Source: the human T2T-CHM13v2.0 reference genome, Homo sapiens
Direction: 5' to 3' (one strand)
Assembly (NCBI RefSeq): GCF_009914755.1
Contig: NC_060926.1
Length of the DNA stretch: 64,000 nucleotides
The translations under genes and the position numbers were made by a program. This document shows positions 1 through 34,008 of the stretch, piece by piece. Positions within the stretch are counted from its first letter, which is position 1. Each line of letters starts with the position of its first letter. Below the pieces are notes generated by a model. The model had not been told where the DNA came from. It ran no database searches and worked only from the letters and a program-made list of their open reading frames with translations.

Positions 1-189
<189 letters not shown>

Positions 190-639
190 TAGTGCCTCAT
201 TTTTTTTCACTTGCACATTTTGCTACATATATTTTCTTCATTTTTCCCCATCATATCAGCTGTTCTTGTGCCCCTTTTTCTTTTGAAACATTCCTTCTAG
301 AGTTTCCTATTTTCTTTTTCTATTATATTGATTGGTTTCTCTTTCAGCTTGCTGCACAGTGGTCAACCTGGGACATTTCCTCACTACTCCTCTCCCAGAT
401 TGTATCTACTTTCTCCTGGGTCCCATGCCTTCCTCTTTCTGGATCTGCTCCTTTGTTTTGCTGTATTTATCACCAGCGGCATCTTTTAAAATGGTATTTG
501 GGAGGTAATTTTTATGAGTTTTTGCATGTTGAAAGTCTTTGTTTTCACAATTCATTGTTAGTTTGGCTAAATATAGAATCCTAAGTTGAAAATAATGTTC
601 CTGTTCTCATCTTTCTGAGGATGCTAATTGTATTTTTAA

Positions 640-1035
<396 letters not shown>

Positions 1036-1244
1036 TAAAGGATTTTCTTACTTGCATGGTAGAAACTGTGGGTATGTGGCTAGGATATGTTGAGATCAGA
1101 CAAGTGAATGGCAAACCCAGTCTTTTTCCTAGGGTTCCCTAAGTGTTGGGATATAGTGTTCTTTCCTCTGGGCTCATTGAGTTTTTCCAGAGGATAAACT
1201 CCACCAATCTTTTGCCCAAGGGGCCTATGTCCAGTGGCTGGCCT

Positions 1245-1345
1245 ATGCTATGGTTTGAATGCGTCCCCTCCAAAATTCAGGCATTATCAACGTGATAGTA
1301 TTCAGAGGTGTGGACTTTAAGAGGTGATTAGGCCCCTAGGGCTCC
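1245..1345 (+). mobile_element. MaLR LTR 5' fragment (MST/MLT-like)
   Basis: tgctatggtttgaatgcgtcccctccaaaattc...gaggtgattaggccc is a typical MaLR LTR start. Confidence 0.65.
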
Positions 1346-2286
1346 CTGCAGATCTAAGGAATAGAAGGATATTCAAATTGCACAAAATAGCGGTTTATCC
1401 CACATAAACAGGAGCTCCATTTATTTAACATTCATTGTTGTAGAGTTTCTCTGAAACTATTCTATTTCACATTTATGTCAAAATTGCTCATCTTATAAGA
1501 ATCGACAGACTTACGTATTTTACTAGTTAAACATCTGTGAAAATTCCCAACATAGCAACTCTGTAAATTTTATTTTTTCTTATTTTGTAGACGGTTTTAC
1601 GGAATTGTCTTAAGGCTACTGTCTAAAAGCATAGCACACGTGTTCCATGCACTGAAAGAACAGTTAATAAGGACATAAGTGGGACACTGTCTCACATTTC
1701 TCCCTCTTTTCGGTTCCTTTTCTTTCTCTCAGATACCCTAATTCTTGTCTCATTTATGTTCCTGGGAGCATGGCGGAGAAGGGGAGAGAATCTGATAGGT
1801 CACTAATGCCTTAGTATGAACTTGATCAATATTTTCCTCATTTTGGGAGCTTATGCATTTAGAAGAGGACATGTGAAAAGGCAAAATCCTCCACAAAACA
1901 TTTCTCAACAGTTAAATCAAGGGTGGTATATGTCAACTCTTGGGCTCTCATATCCTACCTGTGGAGTTTCAGGCATTGCTGCAGTGAGTGAGAAAGATAT
2001 AAATACAAATTTCCCTTCCTGGGCCCCTCAACTAATGAATACCTTATGGAAAGGCTCTTGGACCCAAAAGCTGAGAGGACACCTAGCGCTTTGGTTTATT
2101 TGATTTTTGCTTAGGATGTAGGCTCCGAGAAATGGGTATGGGTGCCCCTTGCCTTAACCAAGCTTTCTCTTCACCCATGCCCTCTTCTCCTTCCTCTACC
2201 TAGGGTCGGGCACTTGCTGGGAAGCTTATCAAGCAAATGTATTGCTAAGTTTTGGAGGTGGCTGTTGGAACAAAGAAGATGCATGT

Positions 2287-2590
<304 letters not shown>

Positions 2591-2991
2591 CAACAGATAA
2601 TGTTAAATTGAGTCATCAGTGTCTAATTTGGGGCGCCATGTTTCAAGTTCCCACATTAGCCAGACACACACCTTGTGAATCACAGACTCTCATTTAATAT
2701 GTATAAGTTTGTGTGTGCTTGCGTGTATACACATTGGTTGGATAACTGACCTTAGACTATCCCTGCCCTGTTGAAGCACAAAGAGAGCATTGATAAAATG
2801 TCTCACTTGCCTTTGTATCAACAATGCCTACTTGGCATAGGGTGTCACACACATAAGCATCCAAAATGATTTCTGGAACAGATGAAAGAACTTGCATATG
2901 AACTCATTCTACTGCAAAGGGGTCAAGTGGGGAAACCTGGCCTCATGATCAAGCCTCAGTTATCAGGGGGAAGTTGTCACTTTAGAGATAG

Positions 2992-3168
<177 letters not shown>

Positions 3169-3193
3169 TAGGTTTTAAGCGAGTTGCTTACGT

Positions 3194-3687
3194 CAGGGTC
3201 CCCAACCCCCAGGCTTCATAGGAGGAGGTGAGGGGTGGGCGAGCAAGGGAGTGAAGTTTCATCTGTATTTATAGCCACTCCCCATCACTCGCATTGCTGC
3301 CTGAGCTCCAGCTCCTATCAGATCAGCGGCAGCATTAGATTCTCATAGGAGCAGGAACCCTATTGTGAACTGCACATGCAAGGGATCTAGGTTGTGCACT
3401 CCTTATGAGAATCTAATGCCTGATGATCTGTCACTGTCTCCCATCACCTCCAGATGGGACTGTCTAGTTGCAGGAAAACAAGCTCAGGGCTCCCTCTAAT
3501 TCTACATTATGGTGAGTTGCATAATTATTTCATTATATATTACAATGTAATGATAATAGAAATAAGGTGCACAATAATGTAATGCACTTGAATCATCCCG
3601 AAACCATTCCCCACTCTAACCCTGGTCCATGGAAAAACTGTCTTCTGTGAAACCAGTCCCTGGTGCCAAAAAGGTTGGGGACCGCTG
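3194..3687 (+). mobile_element. MER1A hAT-Charlie non-autonomous DNA transposon
   Basis: Terminal inverted repeats cagggtccccaacc / ggttggggaccgctg; internal attagattctcatagga...tccttatgagaatctaat inverted repeat typical of MER1. Confidence 0.88.
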
Positions 3688-3739
3688 CACTAAGTGGCAA
3701 GACAGCTCAAAGCCCAGCTTTTGAGGTCACCAAAAAACT

Positions 3740-3900
3740 AAGCCCTGACTCTATCTCTTAATAGTTGTGTGACCTTGAGCAATTAATGGCCACTTCCTGA
3801 CCTGTCAAATAGAGATGATAAATTAATACTATCTCCCCAAGTTATGAGGATTACATGAGACAGTCTATGTCAGTCACTGAACATTGCACCTGGCACCAGA
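3740..3900 (+). mobile_element. MIR
   Basis: MIR core: tagttgtgtgaccttgagc...ctgtcaaatagagatgata...gttatgaggatta. Confidence 0.7.
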
Positions 3901-5069
3901 AGACACCAAATGGGTGGTAGTCAAGATCATTATCAAAGTTAACCCTACTACATGCTGTAGTTGATTTATAAAGTTTCTTCCAGTTTTAACAATCCTTCAC
4001 ACTTCCATAACTATGAAGCTAATTTTTAGAACAATTAAACTGAATGATAAAATCAACCAAATGAGTTTTCGTATAAAAGCTGAATGGCACATTATAATGT
4101 CCTAAGGATTACAGCATTTATCACAAGAAGGTTTGAGACATTGTTCTCTCAGCAAACATTGCTTCTTTACCACACCCACACTGCACGCCACCATCTCCCA
4201 CTGCTGGGATCAAAAGAGTTTCCTCTCTGCAGTTCACAAGTTTGTGGATCTAAACCAAATCCATAAGTCGGCTCTGGGAATGCATGTTTAAGACAGACAT
4301 GAATCACAGCCCTGGGCTGTTACTTTGCCTTGGAACATTTTCCATAAAAGTATTCTTTTTACTTTTTCAAAGGACAGGATGTTCCAAATCAGTGAATCAC
4401 TTTTATTTATAAAATGGAATGGATGAGGTGATATCAGTAAAAGTGGCAGAGTAAGCATCTCCCAAAATCTCCTCCATAAAAGCAATAGAACAATGGCAGA
4501 AATGGTCAGAATCAACTACCTTCTGCTATTTCACATACCAAGTAGATTGTCCTGCCTGAATTATTTTTCAGTTGTTCTGTACTAATAGTAAACAAATCAT
4601 TATTAACTCACAGCCTTCATTTAAAAGCATGCATTTCAAAGGAAATACAATATCATGCAGTGGAGAAAAAACTTGGTGTCCTAACTGCTTGCTTCCAAAG
4701 CCAACTGAACACATGCATTTATCTCCATTCTTTTCCCATCAAATAAAAAAGACATAACTATTGTAGAACAGACTAGGGGCTGCTCACCCAGTGCAGTAAG
4801 ACCAGATACCTAAAGTGAGGTTTGTAGTAGCAAACGGGAAGGCATTTATTTGCAGGGCACCAAGCAAGGAGGGCCACACAGCTAATGTTTAAGTCCTGAC
4901 CTCCGCAGTGGCTTGCAGGTAAGAATTTTTAAGGGTAGGGCTAAATGTGAGGAAAGCAGACATTACATGCAAAATTGTAAATTATATATGGAGGTTATAC
5001 ATTGGTTTTATTTAGCCTAAAAGGGTGAGATTGCATGAACCAAGGGCTTACAGGTCATAGGTACATTTA

Positions 5070-5699
<630 letters not shown>

Positions 5700-6656
5700 C
5701 TATGGACCTGGCACATTCATTTGGTGGGGGTCCGGGTTTCAGTCATATGTTAAGAGGTCATAGGGGTAGCAAACATCCTGTGATTTTAGTGTTCTTGGCT
5801 ATTGTTTTTGGCTACTGTTATCTTTTTTTTATTAAGTTATTTACTTCTCAGGGCTAGCTATCAATAGGTATCTGAAAAAATTTTTGAAGGAATTTAAAAT
5901 ATAAAAAACATTTATGTTTGGTGGGGCATCCAGGTCCCTAAGAGGGGGTTCCTGTTCTATCTCACCCTACCCCCGCAACACACAACTATACATACACATA
6001 CACAAAGAGCCAAGAGAGAGACAGCAGTCAACATGAGAGAATGACATATTTTTGGAAGATGTGAAGCAGTTTGGAGGAATAGTAGCTGACCTGAAAGTGT
6101 AGAGAAGGCAGAAGCGTAAATCCTTGCAGAGGACTTGCGAAGGAGAAGCAAGCTGATTTGCTCCACAGAACACAAGAAAAGCTGGGGAATTTAAGGCATC
6201 AGGCACCTGTGCGGTGGGGGTGGGGGTAGATCTGAAAGCAGAAGGTCTGGTTGAATATTTTTACTTCAGGTCCGTCTCCCCTCACCCCTAGCTGTCAGGC
6301 AACTCCCCTTCCCATATCCCTACAGGAGACAGGGAGTTTAGTTCTGAGGGGACTGCACCACAGATCTGGACTCAGGAGCCCCAAGCACTGTGAGGATGTG
6401 GGCCTTTACTGAAAACTGGAATTAAGTGAACTTCTACACACTGAATGATGAGACCACAGGCCCCTCCCTCCACTCAGCTCCCAGAACACTGACAGCTGGC
6501 TTAAACCCCAGGCAGGAAGCTGATGAGTCGTTTTGAATCAACTGACATATCCTAGAAAAAAGACCTACAGATACGGATATTTATGGGCTATCAAAGGAAA
6601 AGCCAGGTCCTTATCCCACCCATCCAGTATGAAACCCACCTGGAGATAATCCCCAC

Positions 6657-6921
6657 CTGTATTCATTCACTATGACTGCTATAACAAATTACTACAAATT
6701 CAGTGTCTTAAACAAACAAATTTATTCTCTCATAGTTCTAGGGTCTGAAGTCTGAGTCAGTTTCACTGGGCTAAAATTATATGTCAGCAGGGCCATGCTC
6801 CCTCCAGAGGATCTAAGGGAGAAGCTGTTCCTTACCTCTTTCAGCTTCTAGTGGTTGCCAGCATTTCTTGACTTGTGGCTGCACCACTGTAATCTTTGCT
6901 TCTATATTTGAATTGCCCTCT

Positions 6922-6982
<61 letters not shown>

Positions 6983-7139
6983 CTCATTCTTCCCCACCCT
7001 GGAGTACAGGATAATCTCCCCATCCCAAAATCCTTAGCCACATCTGCAAAATCTCTGCCATATAAGGTAACATCCATAGATTCCAGGCATTAGGGCATAG
7101 ACATATCTTTGGGGGCTATAATTTAGCCTTCTATACCAC
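6657..7139 (-). mobile_element. MLT1 (MaLR) LTR
   Basis: Reverse MLT1 motifs (ctgctataacaaattac...tctctcatagttctag...cagcttctagtggttgccagca). Confidence 0.8.
6926..6979. repeat. (TG)~27 microsatellite
   Basis: Uninterrupted GT dinucleotide run. Confidence 0.98.
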
Positions 7140-7840
7140 CCACATACAGAGAGCTTTCAATCAGCCTTTTAGTCTCTCACACACTTAAATGTTAGTGAGA
7201 TCAAAAGATTTTTCACCTTGTAATCTGAATTTATTTATGAATTGTCTATTTATGTCCTTTATCTGTTTTACTTTTCTGTTGTTTTTCCTATAGATTGTTA
7301 TGATAATTTTATAGATAATGCTATTAATCCTTTATCTGTTAGGAATGTTGAAAATACTTTTCCTAGTCTACATTTGCCTATTAACTTTGTTTGCAGTTTG
7401 TTTTCTGATATACAAAGCATTTTTAATGTTATATAATCAAATCTAGTATTTATTTTCCTTTGAAATTTCTTCCATTGCTATTATCTCAGAAAGTTTGCTT
7501 ATCCTTAGATATATACTAATATATTTTCTCCTGGTTTAATGGCTTCAAAAGTATCAAATTTTTTAATCAATATGAAATTTATTTTAATGTGTGCTATGAA
7601 GTGAGAATCTAACACCTTTTCCAAGTTATTTAATAATAAGTTACCTAACATATCTTTTCCTTTCCCTACTGACTTGTCATACCATCTTTATCAAATATAA
7701 AAATCTTGTATTAATAAAAAAATCTTGTATTAATATATTCTAGGATCTGTTTCTGAGCTCTGTTCAGTTTTCTCAATTTTTTTTTTTGCAGATGTTTGCT
7801 ATGCGGTCTTTTTTGATCCTGAGTTTGTAACTACAAATAA

Positions 7841-8215
<375 letters not shown>

Positions 8216-8449
8216 AATTTTATATTTTCTTATTCTTTCAGATGATTTATATAATTATTTATTTTTTTGACATCCTACTGACTAGCTATTTATCTAAAAG
8301 AGTTCATTTTTTATCATAACTCATGGTCATGCATTTGGAAATATTTAGAAATAGAAAAGCATTTTCATATCTTTAAAAGGAAAGAAACAGAGAGGTGCTT
8401 CCTTTTTGTTAATACCATGATCTATTGAATATCTCTAGCGATTTAATTA

Positions 8450-8720
8450 ATTAATTCACCAAATACTATGTGCCAGTCACTTGCCTAGGTGCTAGGTATA
8501 CAGGAAAGAAATCCCTGCCTTCATAAGCTTACGTTCTAGTGAGGGGGAAAGATAAAAACAGAGTAGATACATTTTAAAAGGTATTGTGTCTGACAGTTAT
8601 GAATGCTATGAAGTAAAAAATAAACCAAGGAAGGGGACAGCAAATTTGAATAGGTGACTTGGGAAGACCTTCCTGAGAAAGTGGTATTTCAGTCAAGACC
8701 TAAAGAAAGTAAAGGAGCCG
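8450..8720 (-). mobile_element. L2 3' fragment
   Basis: aaatactatgtgccag...ccctgccttcataagcttacgttctagtg. Confidence 0.65.
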
Positions 8721-8889
8721 AACATTTTCTTCTACACTTTGCCACAAATTGGTTACTCGTTTCTCGTATATCTTCAGATATACTTTATGTATATCTTAAT
8801 TGCATTAGTCATTCAGAGCTTATCTACTATGATGAGCAAAATGTTAATCTTACTATAGCAAAAGGATTCATAGTATATTTTATTTTGAA

Positions 8890-14957
<6,068 letters not shown>

Positions 14958-15004
14958 GAAAGCACAGCGTATTTTAAACATCAAATTCATCATGAGTTAA
15001 CTGT

Positions 15005-15074
15005 CTACATTATACTTACGGGAATAAAATAGGTTGTTGGGAATCTTTGAACTGTTGAGCGAAATACACAGCTC
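15005..15074 (-). CDS. STPG4: STPG4 exon 5 (15020-15074, SCVFRSTVQRFPTTYFIP) with intronic extension VSIM-stop for a 177-aa short isoform
   Basis: TAG|GAGCTGTGTA...ATTCCC|GTAAGT; without splicing the frame continues GTA AGT ATA ATG TAG (stop 15005-15007). I found no further exon in the window, so spliced isoforms continue left of base 1. Confidence 0.88.
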
Positions 15075-15274
15075 CTATATTTCAAAATAAAAAAGAAAAG
15101 TGATTTTCTAAATCTATTTTTTAAAGATCTTTGTTAACTTATTCCCTACCTTTCATTAAATATTTTAAAATGTTAATTTGCATATGAGGTGCATAAATGA
15201 GGTTTAAAAGCCAGGAGTATTGGCGTGTAGGTATGTAAACAGAAAGGCAGCTTATTTAATAAGTATATAATTAC

Positions 15275-15339
15275 CTGGAAGCATATTTGGGAACTGGTGC
15301 AGGAAGCACGTTGTATTGCCCCGGAGAAAGCTGAAGTGA
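15275..15339 (-). CDS. STPG4: STPG4 exon 4, SLQLSPGQYNVLPAPVPKYAS(R)
   Basis: CAG|TCACTTCAG...TCCAG|GTAATT; 65 nt; SPGQY repeat motif. Confidence 0.9.
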
Positions 15340-15594
15340 CTGCACAGAATGGACAAGGACACCAATAGATTAATAGAGGTTGTAAACTCACTTCGTTATC
15401 TGTCATTCGTAATCTTTTATTTTATGACCATACAACATTGGATAATTCCTTCTTTACTTTAATAGTGGAAAAGGAAAATGTACATTTCCAAAGGTGGAGC
15501 TTCTAAACATTTAACATAGATTCGGTCTTCATGGTGAATTTTATAGACAGCATACCTGAGATGCTGCATAGGAAAATGTCAAATTGATCACAGT

Positions 15595-16506
<912 letters not shown>

Positions 16507-16964
16507 TGATCACACTTTAAATATTCTAGATTCAACAAATCAATTCAGCCATTTAGTGAGCCTGCTCTGGGGTAAAGCGCAGCACTAGTACTAGGGAATA
16601 CAGTGGTTAAGAGAGCTACGGTCCCTGACCAGCAGGAGTGAGAGGCACCTACAGAAACAATCCTAACATAAACCACTGTCATCAGTGCTAAAAGACAGAT
16701 TGAAGATATGGGGGTAGGAAGAGATTAAATCCAACTGGGTGACCTCAAGATGACAAAGATGATGAGATTTGAGGGAGGCTTTTAAGAAAGGCAGGACTTC
16801 CTCAAGGAGCTCAAGCAAGGGTCTTCCAAGAAAGAGAGGCCTCACATCTAACACTATTTCCATCAGGAAATTGTTGCAAACAACCCGGGTGGCTCCATTG
16901 CCCCTGGGTCTAGGGACATTAGCCCACAGTTATGATATAAGAATGTCAGGAACTGGTTAAAATA

Positions 16965-17258
16965 GACAGGAGAGGCTTAATGCCTGTAATCCCAACACTT
17001 CGGGAAGCCGAGGCATGTGGATTGCTTGAGGTCAGAAGTTCAAGACCAGCCTGACCAACATGGCAAAACCCTGTCTCTACTAAACATACAATGATTAGCC
17101 AGGCGTGGTGGTGGGCACCTGTAATCCCAGCTACTTGGGAAGCTGAGGCACGAGAATCACTTGAACCTGGGAGGCGGGGGTTGCAGTGAGCCAAGATCGT
17201 GCCACTGGACTCCAGCCTGGGAAACAGAGCGAGACTCACTCTGAAAAAAAAAAAAAAT
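16965..17258 (+). mobile_element. Alu
   Basis: Dimer with poly(A) tail. Confidence 0.92.
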
Positions 17259-18249
17259 AGGAAGATATGTGAAGGAAGGTAGGGAAAGAAGGAAGGAGAA
17301 TGAGAAGCCAGGAGGAGAAGATCATCCAGACATCCAGAGCTGGCAGGGAGGAGGGGAAGAGTTATATTATAAAATCCTAGGACCTGAAGTGAATAATCCC
17401 CTCCACTCCCTATTATTTTTATGTCAGATTTTAAGAAACAATACCGCTTTTGTTAAAAAGGCATCTACCTCCCAGCACTCGCTGGCACATGGAAGTTCAC
17501 TACTATATTTCACCCTGCAGCTGTCTTTCCCATATTAGTACACAACTTTGATTGCAGAAGCAGCTTTTTGTGGATAGAGTGATGATAACAGTCAATACAA
17601 ATTTTATGGTGAAATATATGCATTTTCCTGATGCACCTGTGCTGCTTGAGTGCTCACTTGACATCATAAACACCAAGGAAACAAAGGTATTCTTGTGTCA
17701 TTCTTGTGTCTTATAGAAGCACAGAAACACAATTTGAACTGGGCATTCTTGGGGGCCAGCAATGTCCTATTTCCTGATTCTGATGACAATTACGTGGATG
17801 TTTGCTTTCTGTTTTTAAAATGTGCATATTTGCTTTATGCTTCTTTCTCTCTCTCTCTCGCACATACACAGATATAAACAGGAGACAAAAAAAGAAAACT
17901 GAAAAGGGGAAAAAACCTCTTAAAGCAGTCATTTATTTATCTATACTGAGCAATCCATGTAAGATTTCCATAATGAAGTGCTCATGGAAAAACTATTAGC
18001 ATTACTCTGGAAAGGAATATTGGTTACCTGTAACATCTATATTTGTCCTACTATACTTGGCATTTACCATTCTTTGCTACTTAACGTAATTGAAAGGGGG
18101 CTTTTTTTTCATAAAGTGTTGAATAGTCAGCTGCTTTATGTAGGAGACTGTTTTCCTGTTCATTGCTAAACTTGGTTCCATTTTCCTTGGGTCTAATGGT
18201 ATATATATGTGCATATATATATTTCTAACTCCAACATATGCTTCTCAGT

Positions 18250-18964
<715 letters not shown>

Positions 18965-19113
18965 GGCACTCAAATCTTATGAGAGCTTGAATGTGGCAGG
19001 ATGGTATTAGTATGGATATATAATTCAGTTATGTTGCACCAAACACCATCAATGTCAGAAAACTGAAATAATGTGAAAAAAGCCAACCCTACTTACTAAG
19101 CTCTTGGTGTGAC

Positions 19114-19124
19114 TACATATACAC

Positions 19125-19182
<58 letters not shown>
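19114..19182. repeat. (TACATA)~11 hexamer microsatellite at the L1 tail position
   Basis: acatatacatat... run; explains the MYMYMY ORF. Confidence 0.95.
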
Positions 19183-25860
<6,678 letters not shown>

Positions 25861-26013
25861 CAGCGTGACACCATTTTGAGAACCCAGACCCATAAATAGG
25901 TGGGTCAGAAGGCAACAGATTTCTAATAGGATTTCTACACCTTTAGAATCCCTATTAGAATAATCATAAGGTGAATGCAGCCAGAAGGCTGGCAGGTACC
26001 ATATTTCCAGGTA

Positions 26014-26307
26014 CTTTTTTTTTTTTTCTTTTTAAGACAGGGTCTCACTCTATCGGGGAGGCGGTGGTGTGATCTCGGCTCACTGCACCCTCCACCTTCC
26101 AGATTCAAGCGACTGTCCCGCCTTAGCCTCCCGAGTAGCTGTGACTACAGGTGTGTACCACCACGGCCAGCTAATTTCTGTATTTTTAGTAGAGATGGGG
26201 TTTCACCATATTGGCTAGGCTGGTCTCGAACTCCTAACCTCAAGTGATCTGCCCCCCTCGGCCTCCCAAAGTGCTGGGATTACAGGCATGAGCCACCGCT
26301 CCCAGCC
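26014..26307 (-). mobile_element. Alu
   Basis: Reverse dimer; TSD atttccaggt. Confidence 0.92.
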
Positions 26308-26549
26308 ATTTCCAGGTCTTGATAGAAATTTCTTTAAGTGTCTCTTCTCTCTCAGAAGTAAAGCCTCTTGTGTCATATGGAAACATTACTGACTCACTGC
26401 TCAGATTTCTTTAAGGTCTGAGAAATAAACAACATGGGACTTTCTCAAAAAAAAAAAAAAAAGAAGAAAGAAAGAAAACATATCCAATGATACTAATGAT
26501 ATCCTTAATTTCACCAATATCTTGTAATTTTCACTGAGAACTACAAGTG

Positions 26550-27340
26550 AGTGTCATCCCTGAGATAAATTCTCTGTATCCAGCTTTCAAACTTCACTTT
26601 TGTTTGCCACACTCTTGACATATTTTAAGTGACAATCACTGCATTACTTTGCAGGGGCTCTTTGAGAAGTCCTGCCTCAAAAAAAAAAAAAAATCTGCTA
26701 AATAAGCCGCTTGACTAACCACTTTGAGTGCTACTTTTTTTCATTTAAGTGAAGAATGAATTGTTTCATCTTTGCTACATTATGCTCTTTGTTATCCCCA
26801 CATTTAACTCTTGGGTTCTCAGAGTGACTGGCACCCTTCCTATGGTTTATAGCTATATAGTAGTGCAACTGTTCAAAATCAACACACACTTCAGGTCTAA
26901 AATGAGTGTTCAGATCACTGCTGTTGTTTGTTGTTTTCTAAGTAAAATTTATCATTTTACCACTTTAGTGAACACACTGAACACCTGGGGGAGGGCTGTA
27001 CATTCGGCGGGAGGATTCTCTGGGGATGCTGTGTGGCTACTGAAGGATCTAGGATGCCCCACTCTGATGTTCACCATTACTGCTGCAGTGTGGCTGGTCA
27101 GCCCTTCTGTGGGCACAAACTTTGGTTGATACCATGCTCAAGGAAAACCATCCTGTTGAAAATCCCTTCAGTAGTCATTTTACCATGGAGCATTCTGCAA
27201 ATTAATCTATTTTCAGAGATATCCTCATCACAGCTATAAACACAGCTAGCAAAGATCAGTGAGTTAACTGCCAGATTTTTCAACCTCTCTCTCAACTAGT
27301 TCAAGGATGTATTTTGAACATATTCAAATGGATCCTTTGA
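26550..27340 (-). mobile_element. Ancient hAT (Charlie/Buster-type) transposase remnant
   Basis: Degenerate minus-strand peptides YILELVEREV, VYSCDEDISENRLICRMLHGKMTTEGIFN, VFTKVVK..NF and WLVKRLILADF lie in the order of the hAT motifs FALQLDESTD, VRY..EDI.E..LFC....TTGE.IF, V.KIVNFI and W...LAYL.DIF. Confidence 0.6.
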
Positions 27341-27917
27341 TTCATTCTCTAATTTAATGGGGCGCCTTTCTAGCCTGGCTACCTCTTTTTGACCAAAAAA
27401 AAGATACAGGGGCAGGGAGGGAATAGAATTGCCAAATTTGTTTCATTTTCCATGAGCTCCATCTTCCAAGGCAATGCTAAAGCTAACCTTTAAATTGAAA
27501 TTTCAAATTTCAAATTTCATTTGCTTAACTGTGATTTTCATTGAAATGTTCCCAACCTAGGAAATAAATAAGAGAATTTTTTTAAAATGGAACATTTTAA
27601 GAAAGAAAACAAGAGAACAAAAATGTTAGTTGGAAAAAATTTCGAGTTACTTACAAATGGGCATGATTGAAAGAGTATCATTTACACACTGAAAACAATA
27701 TCAACAGAAAGAAAAAAATTAATAGTCTCCTTGCTCCCTATCTAACCTCTACTTTCCAAATGGAAACCACTGTTGGTGATTATGAAAGTATTTCTCAGGG
27801 GAAAAAAGTATGCATTTAACATCACATATATGTACATTTGTTTTCATGTATACAAATGGGATTATACTCTAAATATTGACTTGTACCTTCATTTTTTTTC
27901 ATGTAGTAACAACTTAG

Positions 27918-28905
<988 letters not shown>

Positions 28906-29516
28906 ACCCTTTGCTCATTTTTAACCGGAATATTTATTACAATTGGATTGTAAAAGACCATGACTCATTTTCACCATTTGATACAGGTGATAAAGCCAGT
29001 TAGTGATCAGCACTTTCTGGAAACTCCCTTGCATCTTCACAGTGGTAATACTCTACATTTTTTTGCATTGACTGACCTTGTTCAGTAATGATTCACTGGC
29101 TACAGGCTGAGACAGCATCACCATCTTCTCCCTGTCCCACTAACTGTAGATAGATTCTGGAACCATGTTCTGACTGGCACAGTTTAAACTGACTTCAGGT
29201 TGTCCTGAAGTTACCCTAGCATGTTGATTTCAAGCTTATACTTTAAAATCCTCCATTTAAGTCACTAGATCCATGTTTCTAGTTGAAAATATAAATGATG
29301 CATTTCAAATGGTAATGGACTTCTACTCTGCAAGGTAGACTTGCAGAATAGGACAACCTTTCTCTAGGACTTTGGACAATGCATCTCGAAAGACACAGAC
29401 TTCAACATATCCTTTCCTTAACAATTCCACTCTATGACTAACCACAGGGGATGGCTGAATATATTAGGATATGTCCATATACAAGAAAACTATGCAGCTA
29501 TTAAAAATGTTGTATA

Positions 29517-30147
<631 letters not shown>

Positions 30148-30799
30148 ACAGAAGAGTTTTTAAAAAGATATGGAATTGCCAACAATATAGTAGGAAATTA
30201 CATGATCCTAAACTAAAAGACAGCAAGAAGCCAAGGAGGTAAGTGGCTTAATTTTGTCTAGAGAATGTTTGCTGGTCCAGACTAAATTCAACAGAACACA
30301 GCTGAGTTTAAAGGAACTTCAGAGCCCTGGAAGAATCCAGGGGTCAAAGTCTGGGCCTATTCATGATAAAGGGAGGAAGGAGTCTAATGGAAGATACCCA
30401 CTGGAATTTGAGACCCTAGAAAGGTACTTCCTGAAAGTAAACTCTCCCACCTCACTCCACTGCCAAGGGGACTGCAGAGAGTTGCCTAAGCAAGAACTGA
30501 GAGGGAGAAGAAACCCGTCCCTGAGAGATTATAACCATGGGCTGTCCCTTTCATGAATTCCAGCCCAAATTCACAATGCTAGGGTGATCCAAGAAGACAT
30601 AAACACTGCATTTTGAGTTGTACCAGACTGGTGGCTCCCCTATATATTAACAGAAGCCAAAGCAAACCTTAGGCCTTGGGGAATTCACAAAAATACATTT
30701 TCAAGAGTAACGAGCAATACACAGTTAAAGACAATCACATACACTTAAGAAAACAAAATGAGTAAGGCCCAGTCAGATTTCAGGTATTTGAGTAATCAT

Positions 30800-32860
<2,061 letters not shown>

Positions 32861-33022
32861 CTAGGGGAAATAGCAGGTCATAAAATTGTACATATGGAGA
32901 AGGTGGTCCCGTTTGTGTACATATATTCTACAATGTGAATATACTATTTATCTGTTAAGAAAAAGGTTATTAGAAAAATTACAGAGCTACCTCAAATCTC
33001 CTTTGAAAAGGGCCAAATATAG

Positions 33023-33365
<343 letters not shown>

Positions 33366-33397
33366 CCTATATATATATGCCTAATAAGACTGTTCAG

Positions 33398-33562
33398 TAC
33401 GGGTGAAAGGGTTGAAAAACTAACTATTGGGTACTAATAGTTAGCCACTCAGCACTTGGGTGATGGGATCAATCGTACCCCAAACCTCAGCATCATGGAA
33501 TATACACGGGTAACAAACCTGCACATGTAGACCCTGAATCTAAAATAAAAGTTGAAAAAAAA
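33398..33562 (+). mobile_element. L1 3' end (L1PB / old L1PA-like)
   Basis: ccccaaacctcagcatcatg...gtaacaaacctgcacatgta...ctgaatctaaaataaaagttgaaaa. Confidence 0.85.
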
Positions 33563-33638
33563 ATAGAAAGTCTCTCCAATACAGATTCTCGAGTTGAGTT
33601 ACATGCCTCAGAATAAAGATACTAAAAATAGTGAAAAC

Positions 33639-34008
33639 TTTATTTATTTATTTATTTATATTATTATACTTTAAGTTCTAGGGTACATGTGCACAATGTG
33701 CAGGTTTGTTACATATGTATACATGTGCCATGTTGGTGTGCTGCACCCGTGAACTCGTCATTTACATTAGGTATATCTCCTAATGCTATCCCTCTCCACT
33801 CCCCCAACTCCACGACAGGCTCCTGTGTGTGATGTTCCCCTTCCTGTGTCCAAGTGTTCTCATTGTTCAGTTCCCACCTATGAGTGAGAACATGTGGTGT
33901 TTGGTTTTTTGTCCTTGCGATAGTTTACTGAGAATGATGGTTTCCAGCTTCATCCATGTCCCTACAAAAGACATGAACTCATCCTTTTTTATGGCTGCAT
34001 AGTATTCC
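33639..34008 (-). mobile_element. 5'-truncated primate L1PA 3' end with 13-bp TSD
   Basis: ttatactttaagttctagggtacatgtgcacaatgtgcaggtttgttac...; TSD tgaaaactttatt at 33632-33644 and 34009-34021. Confidence 0.93.

Noticed and set aside
3333-3418. Long hairpin resembling a pre-miRNA
   Set aside because: Intrinsic internal inverted repeat of MER1; no independent sign of a small RNA gene.
29192-29211. 8-bp perfect stem-loop acttcagg-ttgt-cctgaagt
   Set aside because: A stem this short is expected by chance in 64 kb and has no supporting context.
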